Source of the DNA: a virus
Lineage: Duplodnaviria > Caudoviricetes
Strand: one strand, 5' to 3'
Virus record (IMG/VR): IMGVR_UViG_3300037755_000349
Span: 8,068-72,067 of that record
DNA length: 64,000 bases
Part shown: one piece after another, positions 45,026 to 54,875 of the stretch
Numbering within the stretch: position 1 is the first letter of the stretch
Layout: each line of letters begins with the position of its first letter
Notes under the pieces: model-generated
Told to the model about the DNA's origin: nothing
Seen by the model: the letters and a program-made list of their open reading frames with translations, nothing else
Databases searched by the model: none
Program-made: the position numbers and the translations under genes

Positions 45026-45604
45026 TTATTCCTCCTCTTCCTCCTCTTCCTCCTCTTCCTCGATGTCTTGTTGCGTGCCGCCCTTGTCGGCGGGATCTCC
45101 ATCGGCCGCGTCGGCCGCGGCAGTGCCGAACATGTCGTCTTGCGTCGCCTCGACCTCGAACTCGCGATCAAGTTGCTGGCATGCCGCCAGGCGTGGCAGG
45201 TCTTTCTCCAGGTCCGGATGGATCTGAATCTTGAAAGTAATTACATGCTCGTGCTTGCCGCCGGTGAACGTCGCCACGACATCCTTGATACGCGATTGCT
45301 GAAAGGTGAGCTTCGCGGTCTTCTTGGTGACTTGGTCGTACAGCGTGAATGTGATGCCCTCGGGCTTGCGATTCAGCCAGTGCACGTTATCGAATGGCAC
45401 TAGGTAGTAGCCTTGCTTGTTGAACATCAGATCGGAGTACTTGCCATATCCTTCCTCGGTGGGGAAGAGCATATCGATATCTCGCTTGGTGCCGCGGCAG
45501 GTGATCGATACGTCGCAGGCCGGCGTGGTCTCGTCGCCGACGCGCTCGGCGCGCAGGTTCACGTTGTCAATGTGGCCAACACGCCTGGAGAGTTTGAAGC
45601 GCAT
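45026..45604 (-). CDS. conserved phage hypothetical protein with poly-Glu tail
   Basis: 192-aa ORF with RBS in the leftward operon. Confidence 0.65.
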   Translation of the reverse strand: MRFKLSRRVGHIDNVNLRAERVGDETTPACDVSITCRGTKRDIDMLFPTEEGYGKYSDLMFNKQGYYLVPFDNVHWLNRKPEGITFTLYDQVTKKTAKLTFQQSRIKDVVATFTGGKHEHVITFKIQIHPDLEKDLPRLAACQQLDREFEVEATQDDMFGTAAADAADGDPADKGGTQQDIEEEEEEEEEEE

Positions 45605-45673
45605 AAGAATCCCTCGTTCGTTGTTGATGGGAGAGCTGGAGAGTCACTGCACCGGCCGCATCGTCGCGGCTTA

Positions 45674-45964
45674 TTATTTGATCCGGTAGATCCGGACTCC
45701 CTCGATCGTCGATCCGTTTTGTTCTTCTGTCACCAGGCGCACGCTGAATCGGCGCTTGAGTGTTTTGCCCTTTCTCGATGCTTGTGATCGCAGCGTGGAA
45801 ACTTTTTTCGGATCTGGCACGAAGAACGTATCGTAGACCAGCTCACCTCGTTCCTTCTTTGGTGGCTTGAGCGTACCGAATGGATAGCGAGTACGCGCGT
45901 GTGCGATGGGCGCTCTCTCGACCCGAAACGCGGGGGAGGATGTTTGTTTAGTCATGGGTAACAT
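45674..45964 (-). CDS. small DNA-binding-like protein
   Basis: RYPFGTL...DTFFVP...EGVRIYRI. Confidence 0.55.
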   Translation of the reverse strand: MLPMTKQTSSPAFRVERAPIAHARTRYPFGTLKPPKKERGELVYDTFFVPDPKKVSTLRSQASRKGKTLKRRFSVRLVTEEQNGSTIEGVRIYRIK

Positions 45965-45967
45965 TCC

Positions 45968-46005
45968 GCAACAAAGCTAATACCGGGTGCAACATTCGCA
46001 CAATA
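45968..46005. promoter_or_regulatory. putative operator (GCAACA boxes) upstream of ORF 45964
   Basis: GCAACATTCGCACAATA is a 16/17 match, inverted, to 50550-50566. Confidence 0.4.
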
Positions 46006-46316
46006 TCACTCGTCCGGTCTGGGTGGTAGGAGCCGGTACTCGGCCATGCGGCGCAGCGCCGTGCCGTCGAAGTGGGCGCGCGACTCCGTTTCGATCCGAT
46101 TCCCCTGTTGACGTAGGCGATTGATCACCGCCCGCAGGTTCCCCACATCGGGCAGCAGCATGTAAGTAATTGGGCCGCGCCGGAGCATCTCCAGCACGGT
46201 TTCATCCTGTGTGATCACGCCCGACCGATCCTCTCCTCGATGGTGAGGTGCGAGCTGACGATCACCGCGAGTCCCTGCAAGAATTCCGTTCTCATAAATT
46301 AGCCATCCTTTTCCTC

Positions 46317-46826
46317 TTACACTTGAAGCAGCGCTTGTGACGCATGCAGAAGTGCTCCGAGTGTGGCTGTTGCAGGCACGGTGATCGCCCACATAAACGG
46401 GATATCATCATCGAAATCATCGCTGGGCGGCTTGCGCTTCTCTTGCTGCTGACGACGCTCCTGCGGCTCGTCATCACGATCTCGCCCACCACCTCTCGGG
46501 CTGCCGAGGAGCTGCACAGTGTCGGCGTAGACCTTTGTGGTATAGCGATCCTTGCCATCGCGGTCCTGCCACTTCTCAGTGCGGAACTTGCCCTGCACGT
46601 ACACGGTCGTGCCTCTGAGCAGATATTCGGCGATCGCCTCGGCGAGCTTGCCGAACAGCACCACGGGGACCCACTCGGTTTTCTCCTGCTTCTCCCCGTC
46701 CTTCATCCACACCTCGGTGCAGGCGATCGAGAAGTTGCACACGGCGCTGCCGTTTTGCGAGTAGCGCGTCTCCGCATCGCGCCCGAGATTCCCAATGAAA
46801 TGGCATGAATTGATGCCGCGAGACAT
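46317..46826 (-). CDS. ssb: single-stranded DNA-binding protein
   Basis: MSRGINSCHFIGNLGRDAE.RY...EKTEW..V..FGKLAE...GT.VYVQG...W.D.DG..RY.T; DDDIPF followed by an extension. Confidence 0.92.
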   Translation of the reverse strand: MSRGINSCHFIGNLGRDAETRYSQNGSAVCNFSIACTEVWMKDGEKQEKTEWVPVVLFGKLAEAIAEYLLRGTTVYVQGKFRTEKWQDRDGKDRYTTKVYADTVQLLGSPRGGGRDRDDEPQERRQQQEKRKPPSDDFDDDIPFMWAITVPATATLGALLHASQALLQV

Positions 46827-46829
46827 AAG

Positions 46830-47459
46830 TCACTCCTTCTTGAATAGCGCCGCATGTTGGGCGGCGCGCTTCTGCTCTTCCCACTTCTCCAGCTCGGCGA
46901 TGCGATGTTCGCATCGCAAGATGAAGCCCTCGGCACCACCGAGCCAATACATCAGGTGCTCGACCACCTCGTAGTCATCGACGGTTAGCTCGGGGCGCCG
47001 GATCAGCGTGCGCCCGCCGATGCCAATGTAGTCCTTGCCGTAGTGATCCGGCGGCGCGAGCAGGTGTTCGAGCGCGGTGTAGCTATGGTTGATGCCATAG
47101 ATGCGGCGATTCTGGTTGGCCCACGACATCACGAAGGCCGGAGCTGGATGCTCCTTCGCCTTCTCGATCAACCGCCTGGCGCCAAGGATCACCGCCTGTC
47201 CGCAGTTCGTCCCAAGCCAGCACATCACGGTGGCGCAGATCGTGGCCTGGCGTTGCGTGAGCGGCGTCGGGTGGCTGGAGAGGATATCCACGAGCTTGGA
47301 GTTCGGCGTGCTATAGGTGCCCCGCTCCTGCATGAGCTTCGCCCACTCCTCGGCGTAGACGGTCTCGCCGATGAAGCTCGCGCGTGGGTAGGGAGGCAAA
47401 GGTTTGTGCTCCAACCATCCGAGGCTGTACAGATAATCCTCGTACTCGCCCTCCATCAT
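46830..47459 (-). CDS. hypothetical protein
   Basis: Coupled ORF in the leftward operon. Confidence 0.6.
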   Translation of the reverse strand: MMEGEYEDYLYSLGWLEHKPLPPYPRASFIGETVYAEEWAKLMQERGTYSTPNSKLVDILSSHPTPLTQRQATICATVMCWLGTNCGQAVILGARRLIEKAKEHPAPAFVMSWANQNRRIYGINHSYTALEHLLAPPDHYGKDYIGIGGRTLIRRPELTVDDYEVVEHLMYWLGGAEGFILRCEHRIAELEKWEEQKRAAQHAALFKKE

Positions 47460-48256
47460 GACCGTCGCAACCCAAGCGACTCGGCCCTGGTTATCTTGAT
47501 CCCGTCGATCACCGTCTCCTTCGCTATCTCTCGCGCTTTCTCGTTGAGCGTGGCCTGGGAGATCGTGATGGCATCCATCGGAAAGCGGCCCGCGATCGCG
47601 GCCTTCAACACCGATGCCTTGTCCATCACCACGCCGGTCCAGCGGCCACGCTCGAAGGCCGAACCACCACCGCCGCCACCACCGCCACCTACCTGCATGC
47701 TGGTGGTCTTGGGCTTGGGCGCCGTGGCGGCGATCTCCAGGAGCTGATTCGCGGCCTCGACGTTGCCCGAGTCCTGCAAGCGCTGCGCGCGTTCGAGCGC
47801 GTCCGCTTCGCGCGCCTTGCGCTCTTCTTCCGCCTTTACGCGCGCGGCTTCGTCCTTGGCCTTCTTGTAGACGTGGGCCGCATCTGTGACCTTTTTACGC
47901 ACCGTGTTGATGCGAGTGATGTACGGGTTCAGCGTGCCATTCACCAACTTCACGAAAGTGTTCGCCGGCGTGACGATCTTGGTACGGCGCGTGTCGATGC
48001 GCTTCTCCACCGTGTTGCAGTCGAGCGCGAAAATTGCCGCGCGATCGAACGCCGCATCGTCGGTGATCTTGCTCACCTCTTTGCCGTCTGCCGTCACGAA
48101 GAACTTCGCGGCCTGTTCCTCAATCAGCTTGACTGGACCGGCCAGATAGACCAGCTTCTCGATGACATCGAGCTGTGTCGGATAGGCAAGTACCGGCCAG
48201 GTCTCGGCCGCCTTCTCCGCCGCGGCGGGGTCGGGCTGTTTCTCTTCTTCGCTCAT
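47456..48256 (-). CDS. coiled-coil protein typical of phage recombination operons
   Basis: Helical; lies next to YqaJ/RecT. Confidence 0.6.
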   Translation of the reverse strand: MSEEEKQPDPAAAEKAAETWPVLAYPTQLDVIEKLVYLAGPVKLIEEQAAKFFVTADGKEVSKITDDAAFDRAAIFALDCNTVEKRIDTRRTKIVTPANTFVKLVNGTLNPYITRINTVRKKVTDAAHVYKKAKDEAARVKAEEERKAREADALERAQRLQDSGNVEAANQLLEIAATAPKPKTTSMQVGGGGGGGGGSAFERGRWTGVVMDKASVLKAAIAGRFPMDAITISQATLNEKAREIAKETVIDGIKITRAESLGLRRS

Positions 48257-48265
48257 GCTGCACCT

Positions 48266-48931
48266 TTAAAAATTGACGGTAGGAAATCCGGGCGAGGTGG
48301 TCTTCTTCGGACCAGGCCGCTCACCCCTGCGAAAAATCTCCATGAACTCATGGCACCGTTCGAGCATGTACTGCTCACGCCGGCGATCGCGCGGAACGTC
48401 GATGCGGACCAGTCGGCTCGCCGGATCCGGCATCTCGGGATTGAAGCTCAGGAAATGCGTCACATCCAAGTCGTGCACGAACATCTGGCAGTCGATCTGC
48501 GGGATGTGCTCGTCAGGCACCTGGCCATACATCATTACCCTGCTGTGGCGAGAGAGGACGACTGGACACTTCACCTCGCCGTTCGCACGGAAGTCGAAGC
48601 CCTCGATTGCGATGAAGTCACTCGATGCGCCGATGTACGGGATCTTGAGCGATTCCGCAAATGGCGGCCTGACGACCTCCACATCGTGATCGAGGCAGAA
48701 ATTCTCGATCGCCGGCGTCTCCCAGTGATGGCCCCAACGGATCGCCGCCGGCGGCGGTCCGCCGTTCCATTGGTCGGGCGGCGGCTCGTCCGATTCGACC
48801 TCGGTTTGCAGCTCGTTCATCAGCGAGGTCCAGCCGCGCCAGGTGCCGCGGACGACTCGGTACATGCGCGAGCTGGTGATGTGGCCGCGCCGAGCGAGCC
48901 ACCACTCGCGGGTATGCTGGTGCGGGTTCAT
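48266..48931 (-). CDS. YqaJ/lambda-exonuclease-like recombination nuclease
   Basis: Q.T.EW..ARRG.ITSS, WG..WE..A, GASSD, EVKCP, QIDCQM, F.SFNP. Confidence 0.85.
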   Translation of the reverse strand: MNPHQHTREWWLARRGHITSSRMYRVVRGTWRGWTSLMNELQTEVESDEPPPDQWNGGPPPAAIRWGHHWETPAIENFCLDHDVEVVRPPFAESLKIPYIGASSDFIAIEGFDFRANGEVKCPVVLSRHSRVMMYGQVPDEHIPQIDCQMFVHDLDVTHFLSFNPEMPDPASRLVRIDVPRDRRREQYMLERCHEFMEIFRRGERPGPKKTTSPGFPTVNF

Positions 48932-49212
48932 TCTTGCGCCGCCGCCGCCGCTGCCATCTCGGTGGCCATCTGCGAGCCGGCGATCGCACACAATCCTTTT
49001 TCGATGCGATCCAACATCTCCAGCTCTACCCACTTCGCCTCCGAGCCCATGAACGAGCTGGCGGCCCCGACGACGGTGCATAGCAGCTTCAGCGCCGAGG
49101 GTTGAATGAGCACGGCGCCGCCGCTGCTTTCCCCGTGCTGCGCGAGCGCCTCAATTAGGTTGAGAAATCGTTTTACTCGCAGATGCACTGCGATTCTTTC
49201 GTTCGGTGTCAT
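48928..49212 (-). CDS. hypothetical protein
   Basis: Coupled ORF. Confidence 0.5.
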   Translation of the reverse strand: MTPNERIAVHLRVKRFLNLIEALAQHGESSGGAVLIQPSALKLLCTVVGAASSFMGSEAKWVELEMLDRIEKGLCAIAGSQMATEMAAAAAAQE

Positions 49213-49228
49213 GTGGCGCCTCGCGCGA

Positions 49229-49414
49229 CTAGAAAAGCCCTGGATGCGCCTTCTCGCGCAACATGGCCACGATCGCTTCCATCATGGCCAGTTCGCGGTC
49301 GGCTTCTTCTTGCGACATCTTACGATCCTGCACTTGGCGGGGATACACGCGCCTGCGCATGCGTACTTCCCGCTTGGCGCAGTCGAGCAGTTCCTGCGGT
49401 GAGAACGCGCTCAC
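49229..49414 (-). CDS. conserved small phage protein
   Basis: CAKREV.MRRRVYPR.V...KMS. Confidence 0.65.
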   Translation of the reverse strand: MSAFSPQELLDCAKREVRMRRRVYPRQVQDRKMSQEEADRELAMMEAIVAMLREKAHPGLF

Positions 49415-50535
49415 CAGCGGCCACCCTGTGCCGGCGGCGGCTCATCATCCGCACCAGGCTCGCGGGCAGGCGGTTCATCTTTTGCCGGCTTGTTGCCCTT
49501 CTGCTTCTCCGCGGCGACCTTGCCGGCCGCCTCGATGCGATTCTTTACTTCGTTGAAGAGCTTCGCCGGCAGATCCTCGATCTTGTCGATGAAGTAGACC
49601 GCGCAGACCTTATCGATTTTCAGGCGCACCGCCGTGGCCATTGCCGTGAGTTCCTCGGCCTGCTCCTTGGTGATCTTCTTCTGCGCCGGCTCGGGCTTTA
49701 CATCGAGCGGCTTCTCGCGCTCGCGGCCCGGCTCGGCGCCCTCCAGTGTGTTGTCGAGCTGCACGGCCTGGGCGAGCCGCTCATGTGCGCGCCCGTCAGT
49801 TTTCGGCCAGTACTTTTGCGCGCGCTTGATCGCGACCTTGCGGCGCATCTCATCCTCCCACTTCCCCCACACGCCTTTCAGCGGTTCGGCTGGATCGTAG
49901 TTCTTCGAGGAGAGCTTGGCCTTCTCCACATCGTCGGCCGGAACCCATTCCACCAGCGGACGCTCCGGATCGTTGACCAGGCGCGTGATCACGTAAGTGC
50001 CGAAGTATGGATTCTCTTCGGTATTGCGCTTCACGGTATGCGCGATCGTGTGCTCGATCTCCGTGCGGTTGGTGCGCTTGATCAACTTGAAGGAGTCCGC
50101 CGCGTAGACGTTCTCCACTTCCACGGAGAGGATGAGTCCGGTGTCGGTGGCGAGCTTGATGAAGCCGCGATACATCGGCCACAGTTGCGCCTCGTAGCGC
50201 TGCCGATCCTTGATCCACGTCGGAATGATCGCGGCGTATTGCAGCGCCGGGTTCAGCGACAGTCCGATCATCGCGCAATTCTCGTAAGCGTCGCGCACGC
50301 TATCGGGCCAGCATTCGAGTAGGCGGTTATCGTTGATGATGCGCTGAATCGCGAAGCTCGCCTCCTTGCTGGCCTGGAGCACGACCAGGCCGTGCTTCTC
50401 ATCGGTGGCCGAGATGCGGTTGAACTTCGGGAAGCTCTTGCGCAGGAGCGTCGATACATCATCGCGCGTCATCACTGGAGGGCGGCGGCTTTGTTGTTGC
50501 TGTTCTCGATCGTCTCGTCGATATGCCATCATCAT
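49411..50535 (-). CDS. recT: RecT-family single-strand annealing protein
   Basis: GLSLNP....A.IIP......YRG.IKLA...W..W.DEM..K..IKRA.KYWP; GAGGGG RBS before ATG ATG ATG. Confidence 0.85.
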   Translation of the reverse strand: MMMAYRRDDREQQQQSRRPPVMTRDDVSTLLRKSFPKFNRISATDEKHGLVVLQASKEASFAIQRIINDNRLLECWPDSVRDAYENCAMIGLSLNPALQYAAIIPTWIKDRQRYEAQLWPMYRGFIKLATDTGLILSVEVENVYAADSFKLIKRTNRTEIEHTIAHTVKRNTEENPYFGTYVITRLVNDPERPLVEWVPADDVEKAKLSSKNYDPAEPLKGVWGKWEDEMRRKVAIKRAQKYWPKTDGRAHERLAQAVQLDNTLEGAEPGREREKPLDVKPEPAQKKITKEQAEELTAMATAVRLKIDKVCAVYFIDKIEDLPAKLFNEVKNRIEAAGKVAAEKQKGNKPAKDEPPAREPGADDEPPPAQGGRW

Positions 50536-50549
50536 GCCCCTCAGCGAAG

Positions 50550-50586
50550 TATTGTGTGAATGTTGCCGGGTGTTGCACTCTATTGC
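50550..50586. promoter_or_regulatory. putative operator/promoter at the divergent junction
   Basis: TGTTGC at 50561 and 50571, TATTGC at 50581 (10-bp phase). Confidence 0.45.
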
Positions 50587-50588
50587 AA

Positions 50589-50969
50589 ATGATAAAGAAC
50601 CAAGACACAAGCACCTGTTGGTGTCCACGATGTAACGGAGCAAAAGCGCTGAACCTGCGCCAGGCGGATGGGAAATACGCTGAGGCCACCTGCGCCGTCT
50701 GTCAGGGAGAGGGGCAGATCCCTACCTGGATGGTGCTCCAGCGATTTACCGGTAAGGCATATCGCAGGCGGCGCCTGGCGGCAGGGCAGACTGAGCAGCA
50801 GCGCGCAATGGCCTGGAGCTGTCCTGTGGATATGGTCCGCGACCTGGAGGCCGGATTGATCCGTCCGCCCTTCTTCGCTCCACTAGATCCTGTGGTCGAG
50901 ACCATCATGGAACACAACCTGGAGCGTTGTACGGTTCAGTTCCGGGTTCCCAAGCCCGTACGGCGCTAG
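50589..50969 (+). CDS. putative regulator: DnaJ-type CxxCxG Zn finger plus Cro-like HTH
   Basis: CPRCNG...CAVCQGEG; RRRRLAAGQT.QQ.A...V..LEAG; divergent from recT; weak RBS. Confidence 0.5.
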   Translation: MIKNQDTSTCWCPRCNGAKALNLRQADGKYAEATCAVCQGEGQIPTWMVLQRFTGKAYRRRRLAAGQTEQQRAMAWSCPVDMVRDLEAGLIRPPFFAPLDPVVETIMEHNLERCTVQFRVPKPVRR

Positions 50970-51539
50970 GCAGGGATAACCTGTGGATATCCTGGGAAAG
51001 TTGCGTGTAGGGATTTCGGGGGGCTATAAACGCAACGCCCCGCACGAAGGCGGGGCGCTGGTGGTTCGGGTCCTGGCAGACTCGGATACCGGGGGCAGAG
51101 CGATATTTAGGAACCTCTGCGACGTGAAGCGTAACACAACGCAACACGCTGCAACACCTACGCATCGGCCTCCCTCTCGGTTCCCGACCGACCCCTACCC
51201 GCTTATCACCAGTGGGCCTGCGCATGCCCGTGGGATCGACAAATCTGCGCCGTCACAAGCCGGGTGCAAGTTCCGGCCGCCGTGGCTACCGCCTGCTTGC
51301 AGGGCCGGACACGGTGATGGGGTTAAATCGGGGCATGACGCAAAAAAACGCCCGACATGAGCTGTAAGTGGCAACTGTATTGAGTTGCAGCGGCCTCCCC
51401 CTGATCCGCTCCAGCGGGTTAGGGGGACTGCGCCTGGGTTTTGGAAGGGGACAGGGAAGAGAGATCAGGAATAGGATTATTCTTAGCTAGTTGCAATAGA
51501 TACGCGCGCGCGACTTCAACAACAAAACAGGAGATGACC

Positions 51540-51851
51540 ATGGATCCCTTGAACCACAAAGAACATAAAGCCCGGCTGCTCGCCGCTCTTGATCGACTGC
51601 GCGAGCAGGTGATCCGTGATGAGGTGTATTCGGTGGTGGCAATTTGCGTGTGTACCGCGAAAGGTCGGCCCAATGAGAACATACACGCCGAAGCGCGTGT
51701 GCATATCAAGCACTCGCATGGAGCGCCGGCGGCGAATGCGATGGCCGGTGTGATCACGGAGTTCGCGCGCGACGGCATGGTGCCGATCACGAAGATCAAA
51801 TGCTCTCATCATGACGACGATGAGAAGTCAGATCGGCCTACGTTGAACTAA
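51540..51851 (+). CDS. hypothetical protein
   Basis: CAGGAG RBS. Confidence 0.6.
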   Translation: MDPLNHKEHKARLLAALDRLREQVIRDEVYSVVAICVCTAKGRPNENIHAEARVHIKHSHGAPAANAMAGVITEFARDGMVPITKIKCSHHDDDEKSDRPTLN

Positions 51852-51853
51852 GC

Positions 51854-52087
51854 ATGCGCTGCCGATGCGGAGGAGAGGTGGTGCATGCGAGCTTCCAGTC
51901 GCTGCGCGGGAGCGTCTCGACGGAGACGTGTTTATGGTGCTTCGGGCATGAGGTGGAAGTGCGATCGGCCCGCAAGCATTTGCTGGTATGGAGGCATCGG
52001 CGCATGGGGCGCGAAGAAGCGATCGCCCACTTGACGGCGGTCGGGCTGACAGCACACATCGATCGGCTCAGACCATTGCAACAATAA
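51854..52087 (+). CDS. small Zn-ribbon/HTH-like protein
   Basis: CRCG...CLWC. Confidence 0.4.
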   Translation: MRCRCGGEVVHASFQSLRGSVSTETCLWCFGHEVEVRSARKHLLVWRHRRMGREEAIAHLTAVGLTAHIDRLRPLQQ

Positions 52088-52101
52088 ATCCGGAGGCGAA
52101 A

Positions 52102-52584
52102 GTGGCAACAACGAAGAAAAAAGCAGCGAAAGCTGCAACGGTTGATTTGTTCGATGGGCTCGATGAGGGGGAGACGAAGGAGGTGATCGCACGCTTCCGA
52201 CGCCTGGCGTTGAATCTTCGGAATATCGCAAGCGAGTTCACCGAGATCATCGAGATCCTCGAATCGCCGAAGCCGTCACTAGTGAGAACGCGCAAGGACG
52301 CCAACGATGAACCAGCGTTCAAATATCTCGTGCGCGTTCGCATCCCGGCGGACTTTTTCCTGACGAAGCGCATCATGGCGTACGCGGCCGACCAGGGGTT
52401 CACCCCGGCTGACACGAAGCGGCTCTTCGCCGAGATGAGCGAGTATTACAACCGCGTGGGCACGAAGTGGCAGGATTGGACCGCCGTCGCCTACAAGTGG
52501 TATCGCACCGAGGCCGCGCGCCGCAAGGACAAAGCGCCGCAAGGCCCGACGCGCACGAGCAAATCACTGCAAGAGTTCAAGTAG
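52102..52584 (+). CDS. replication initiator/helicase-loader-like protein
   Basis: GGAGG RBS, GTG start; KWQDW.A...WYRT motif; directly precedes dnaB. Confidence 0.55.
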   Translation: MATTKKKAAKAATVDLFDGLDEGETKEVIARFRRLALNLRNIASEFTEIIEILESPKPSLVRTRKDANDEPAFKYLVRVRIPADFFLTKRIMAYAADQGFTPADTKRLFAEMSEYYNRVGTKWQDWTAVAYKWYRTEAARRKDKAPQGPTRTSKSLQEFK

Positions 52585-54014
52585 TGGCCGCCGCGATCGC
52601 CGCCGAGGAAGCGGTCCTCGGTGGTTTGATGCTGGATACTGCCCGGCACGCGGAGATCGACCTGGCGCCGGAGGACTTCACGACGCCTAAATACCAGTCG
52701 ATTTATCGTGCCATCCGTGAGTGTATTCAGCAGCGTATCCAGGCCGATGTGGTGACAGTTTCGGAGATCTTGGATCGGATGGAGCCGGACGGTGGCAGTT
52801 GGTTGTCGTACTGCGCAAAAATTGTGACGGACACGCCCTCGTCGGCGAACACGCGCGTCTACGCAGCGATCGTGAAGCGCTACTCAGACGCAACGCGGGC
52901 GAAGGGCATCGCGCATGCCATGATCGAGGACATCGACCAGGACCCCGAGGCGCTGGATCGAGCGATCAAGGCGATGTTGCGCATGACTTCCTCGCAGCGC
53001 AGCCACGAGTGCATGGTCGGCGACACCCTCGGCGCGCTGGTGGATTACCTGGACTTCCGCGCGCAGAACAAGAACACAATCCCCGGCATGCTCACCGGCT
53101 TGCAGCGGCTCGACCGCTCGATCGGCGGCTTGCAGAAGGGGCATCTCATTGTGGTGGCCGCCAGGCCAGGTATGGGCAAGACCGCGCTCATGGGCGGCCT
53201 GCACATGGCGAACCGCAAAGTGCATACCGGGTGCATCTCGGCGGAGATGCCGCGCGACGAGTTGGTGCTGCGTATGGTGTCCTCGATGTCTGGGGTGGCG
53301 TTCACCGACCTGCGCATGGGCAACCTGCAAGACCACGAGTGGTCACGGATCAATACGGCATTCGCGATGCTCAAGGCGATGCCGCTGCACATCAACGATC
53401 GCTCGGCGCCGACGATCGAGCAGATCTTGCGCCAGGCGCGGCAGTGGAAATACGAGCACGATATCCAGATGCTCTCGATGGATTACATCCAGCGCATCCC
53501 GACGCCAGGCGGAATTCAAAAACGCAACGAAGGGGTCGAGCACATCGTGCGCTCGCTCAAGGAATGCGCGCGCGATCTGGAGATCCCAGTCGTGGCGCTC
53601 TCAGCAGTATCGCGAGAGGCGGAGACGCGCGGCGACAAGCGTCCACTGATGAGCGACCTGCGCGACTCAGGCGCCATCGAGGCCGAGGCCGATGTGATCG
53701 TGACCGTTTACCGCGAAGAGGTGTACAGCGATGCAGACAACATCAAAGGCGTTGCCGAGCTTGCCGTCATCAAGAATCGGCACGGACCCCTCGGTCGAGT
53801 TACCGTCCACTACAACGGCCCCACCCTTACCTTTAGCGATTTTCGGGTGGATGGCGGAGATGATGGACCTGGCGGTGTTCCAGGGGGAGATGGAACTGCT
53901 CAACGCAGCATGGAGCTTGGACTCGGGCAGGACGATCGAACTGCGACTCGTCGAACAACCGGGGCGCGAACACGTAAATCCGTTCAAAAAATATACGAAG
54001 AAGAGGGGCGGTAG
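52584..54014 (+). CDS. dnaB: replicative DNA helicase
   Basis: AEEAVLGGLM, AARPGMGKT (Walker A), SAEM, DYIQ, LK..AR.L.IPVVALS, RP.MSDLRDSGAIE.EAD, KNRHGP. Confidence 0.95.
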   Translation: MAAAIAAEEAVLGGLMLDTARHAEIDLAPEDFTTPKYQSIYRAIRECIQQRIQADVVTVSEILDRMEPDGGSWLSYCAKIVTDTPSSANTRVYAAIVKRYSDATRAKGIAHAMIEDIDQDPEALDRAIKAMLRMTSSQRSHECMVGDTLGALVDYLDFRAQNKNTIPGMLTGLQRLDRSIGGLQKGHLIVVAARPGMGKTALMGGLHMANRKVHTGCISAEMPRDELVLRMVSSMSGVAFTDLRMGNLQDHEWSRINTAFAMLKAMPLHINDRSAPTIEQILRQARQWKYEHDIQMLSMDYIQRIPTPGGIQKRNEGVEHIVRSLKECARDLEIPVVALSAVSREAETRGDKRPLMSDLRDSGAIEAEADVIVTVYREEVYSDADNIKGVAELAVIKNRHGPLGRVTVHYNGPTLTFSDFRVDGGDDGPGGVPGGDGTAQRSMELGLGQDDRTATRRTTGARTRKSVQKIYEEEGR

Positions 54015-54567
54015 TAATGGGCAAATCTTCGAATGCGCGATCGTGGTCGTGGAGACAGGCAGCGTCGCCTACAACGGCGGGCTGTGGCTCGCTGGATGGG
54101 GCGACACTTCGGATCGTGGGATGTGGGTGCGATTTTGGCTCGATGAGGAGTCCGATCGTCATCCTTTTGCAGGATACGCAAAGCGGTCAACTGATCATCC
54201 GCTCGGCACGATGTTCATGGTGGTTATGGTTGCGCTCGATGACTCCGGCAATCCCCTCAATCCGCAAGTGGAGCATCTGGCTGGGGCGGTGGAGGCGCCG
54301 CGCAAGGGGCGCACCAATTCTCAGTGGGCTCACCTCATCATCACCGGCCCGCGCTTCTGCCAGTGGTTGCGAGAGAAAGAGCGGGAGTTCACGCCGCGCA
54401 TCAACAAACTGCATGGTGGCTGGACCCCTGAACTCGCGCGCCGATACGTCGTGCGATACGTCCTGCAATCCGAAAGCCTCACCGTGATCGACCACGATCC
54501 TGACAAGCTGAAGATCTGGCACGAAAAAGTGCGTATCCCTTTCAGTCAATGGGCAGGAGAGATGTGA
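53860..54567 (+). CDS. conserved phage hypothetical protein
   Basis: FQGE.ELL.A.WS...G; overlaps the dnaB tail. Confidence 0.6.
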   Translation: MMDLAVFQGEMELLNAAWSLDSGRTIELRLVEQPGREHVNPFKKYTKKRGGSNGQIFECAIVVVETGSVAYNGGLWLAGWGDTSDRGMWVRFWLDEESDRHPFAGYAKRSTDHPLGTMFMVVMVALDDSGNPLNPQVEHLAGAVEAPRKGRTNSQWAHLIITGPRFCQWLREKEREFTPRINKLHGGWTPELARRYVVRYVLQSESLTVIDHDPDKLKIWHEKVRIPFSQWAGEM

Positions 54568-54875
54568 TGGACACAAAGCAAAAATTCAAAGCGATCCACG
54601 CTCTCGCGCGCGCGTCGATCATGCTCGATTACCAGGACAAGTTCTATGTGAGCCACGACGTGCACATGTACGGCGACGCCGGGCTGCACACCGAAGTGGG
54701 CATCGTCGGGCGCGGACCGATGCCGCACGATGCGATCGAAGCGCACTGGGAGCTGCTCACCAAGGCCACGCACGATAATCCGCTGCGCAAGATGGTAGGC
54801 GGCACCGAACGGGGGTATGTTTGGAACGGCTTTATGTGGGAAGAGGTGTCTTTGCCGAGGAAATCGGCCAGTTAA
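54567..54875 (+). CDS. hypothetical protein
   Basis: AGGAG RBS; TGATG coupling. Confidence 0.55.
   Translation: MDTKQKFKAIHALARASIMLDYQDKFYVSHDVHMYGDAGLHTEVGIVGRGPMPHDAIEAHWELLTKATHDNPLRKMVGGTERGYVWNGFMWEEVSLPRKSAS

Noticed and set aside
53860-54014. 155-nt overlap of the DnaB C-terminal tail with the next gene
   Set aside because: The low-complexity tail is most simply read-through to the next in-frame stop; no sign of programmed recoding.
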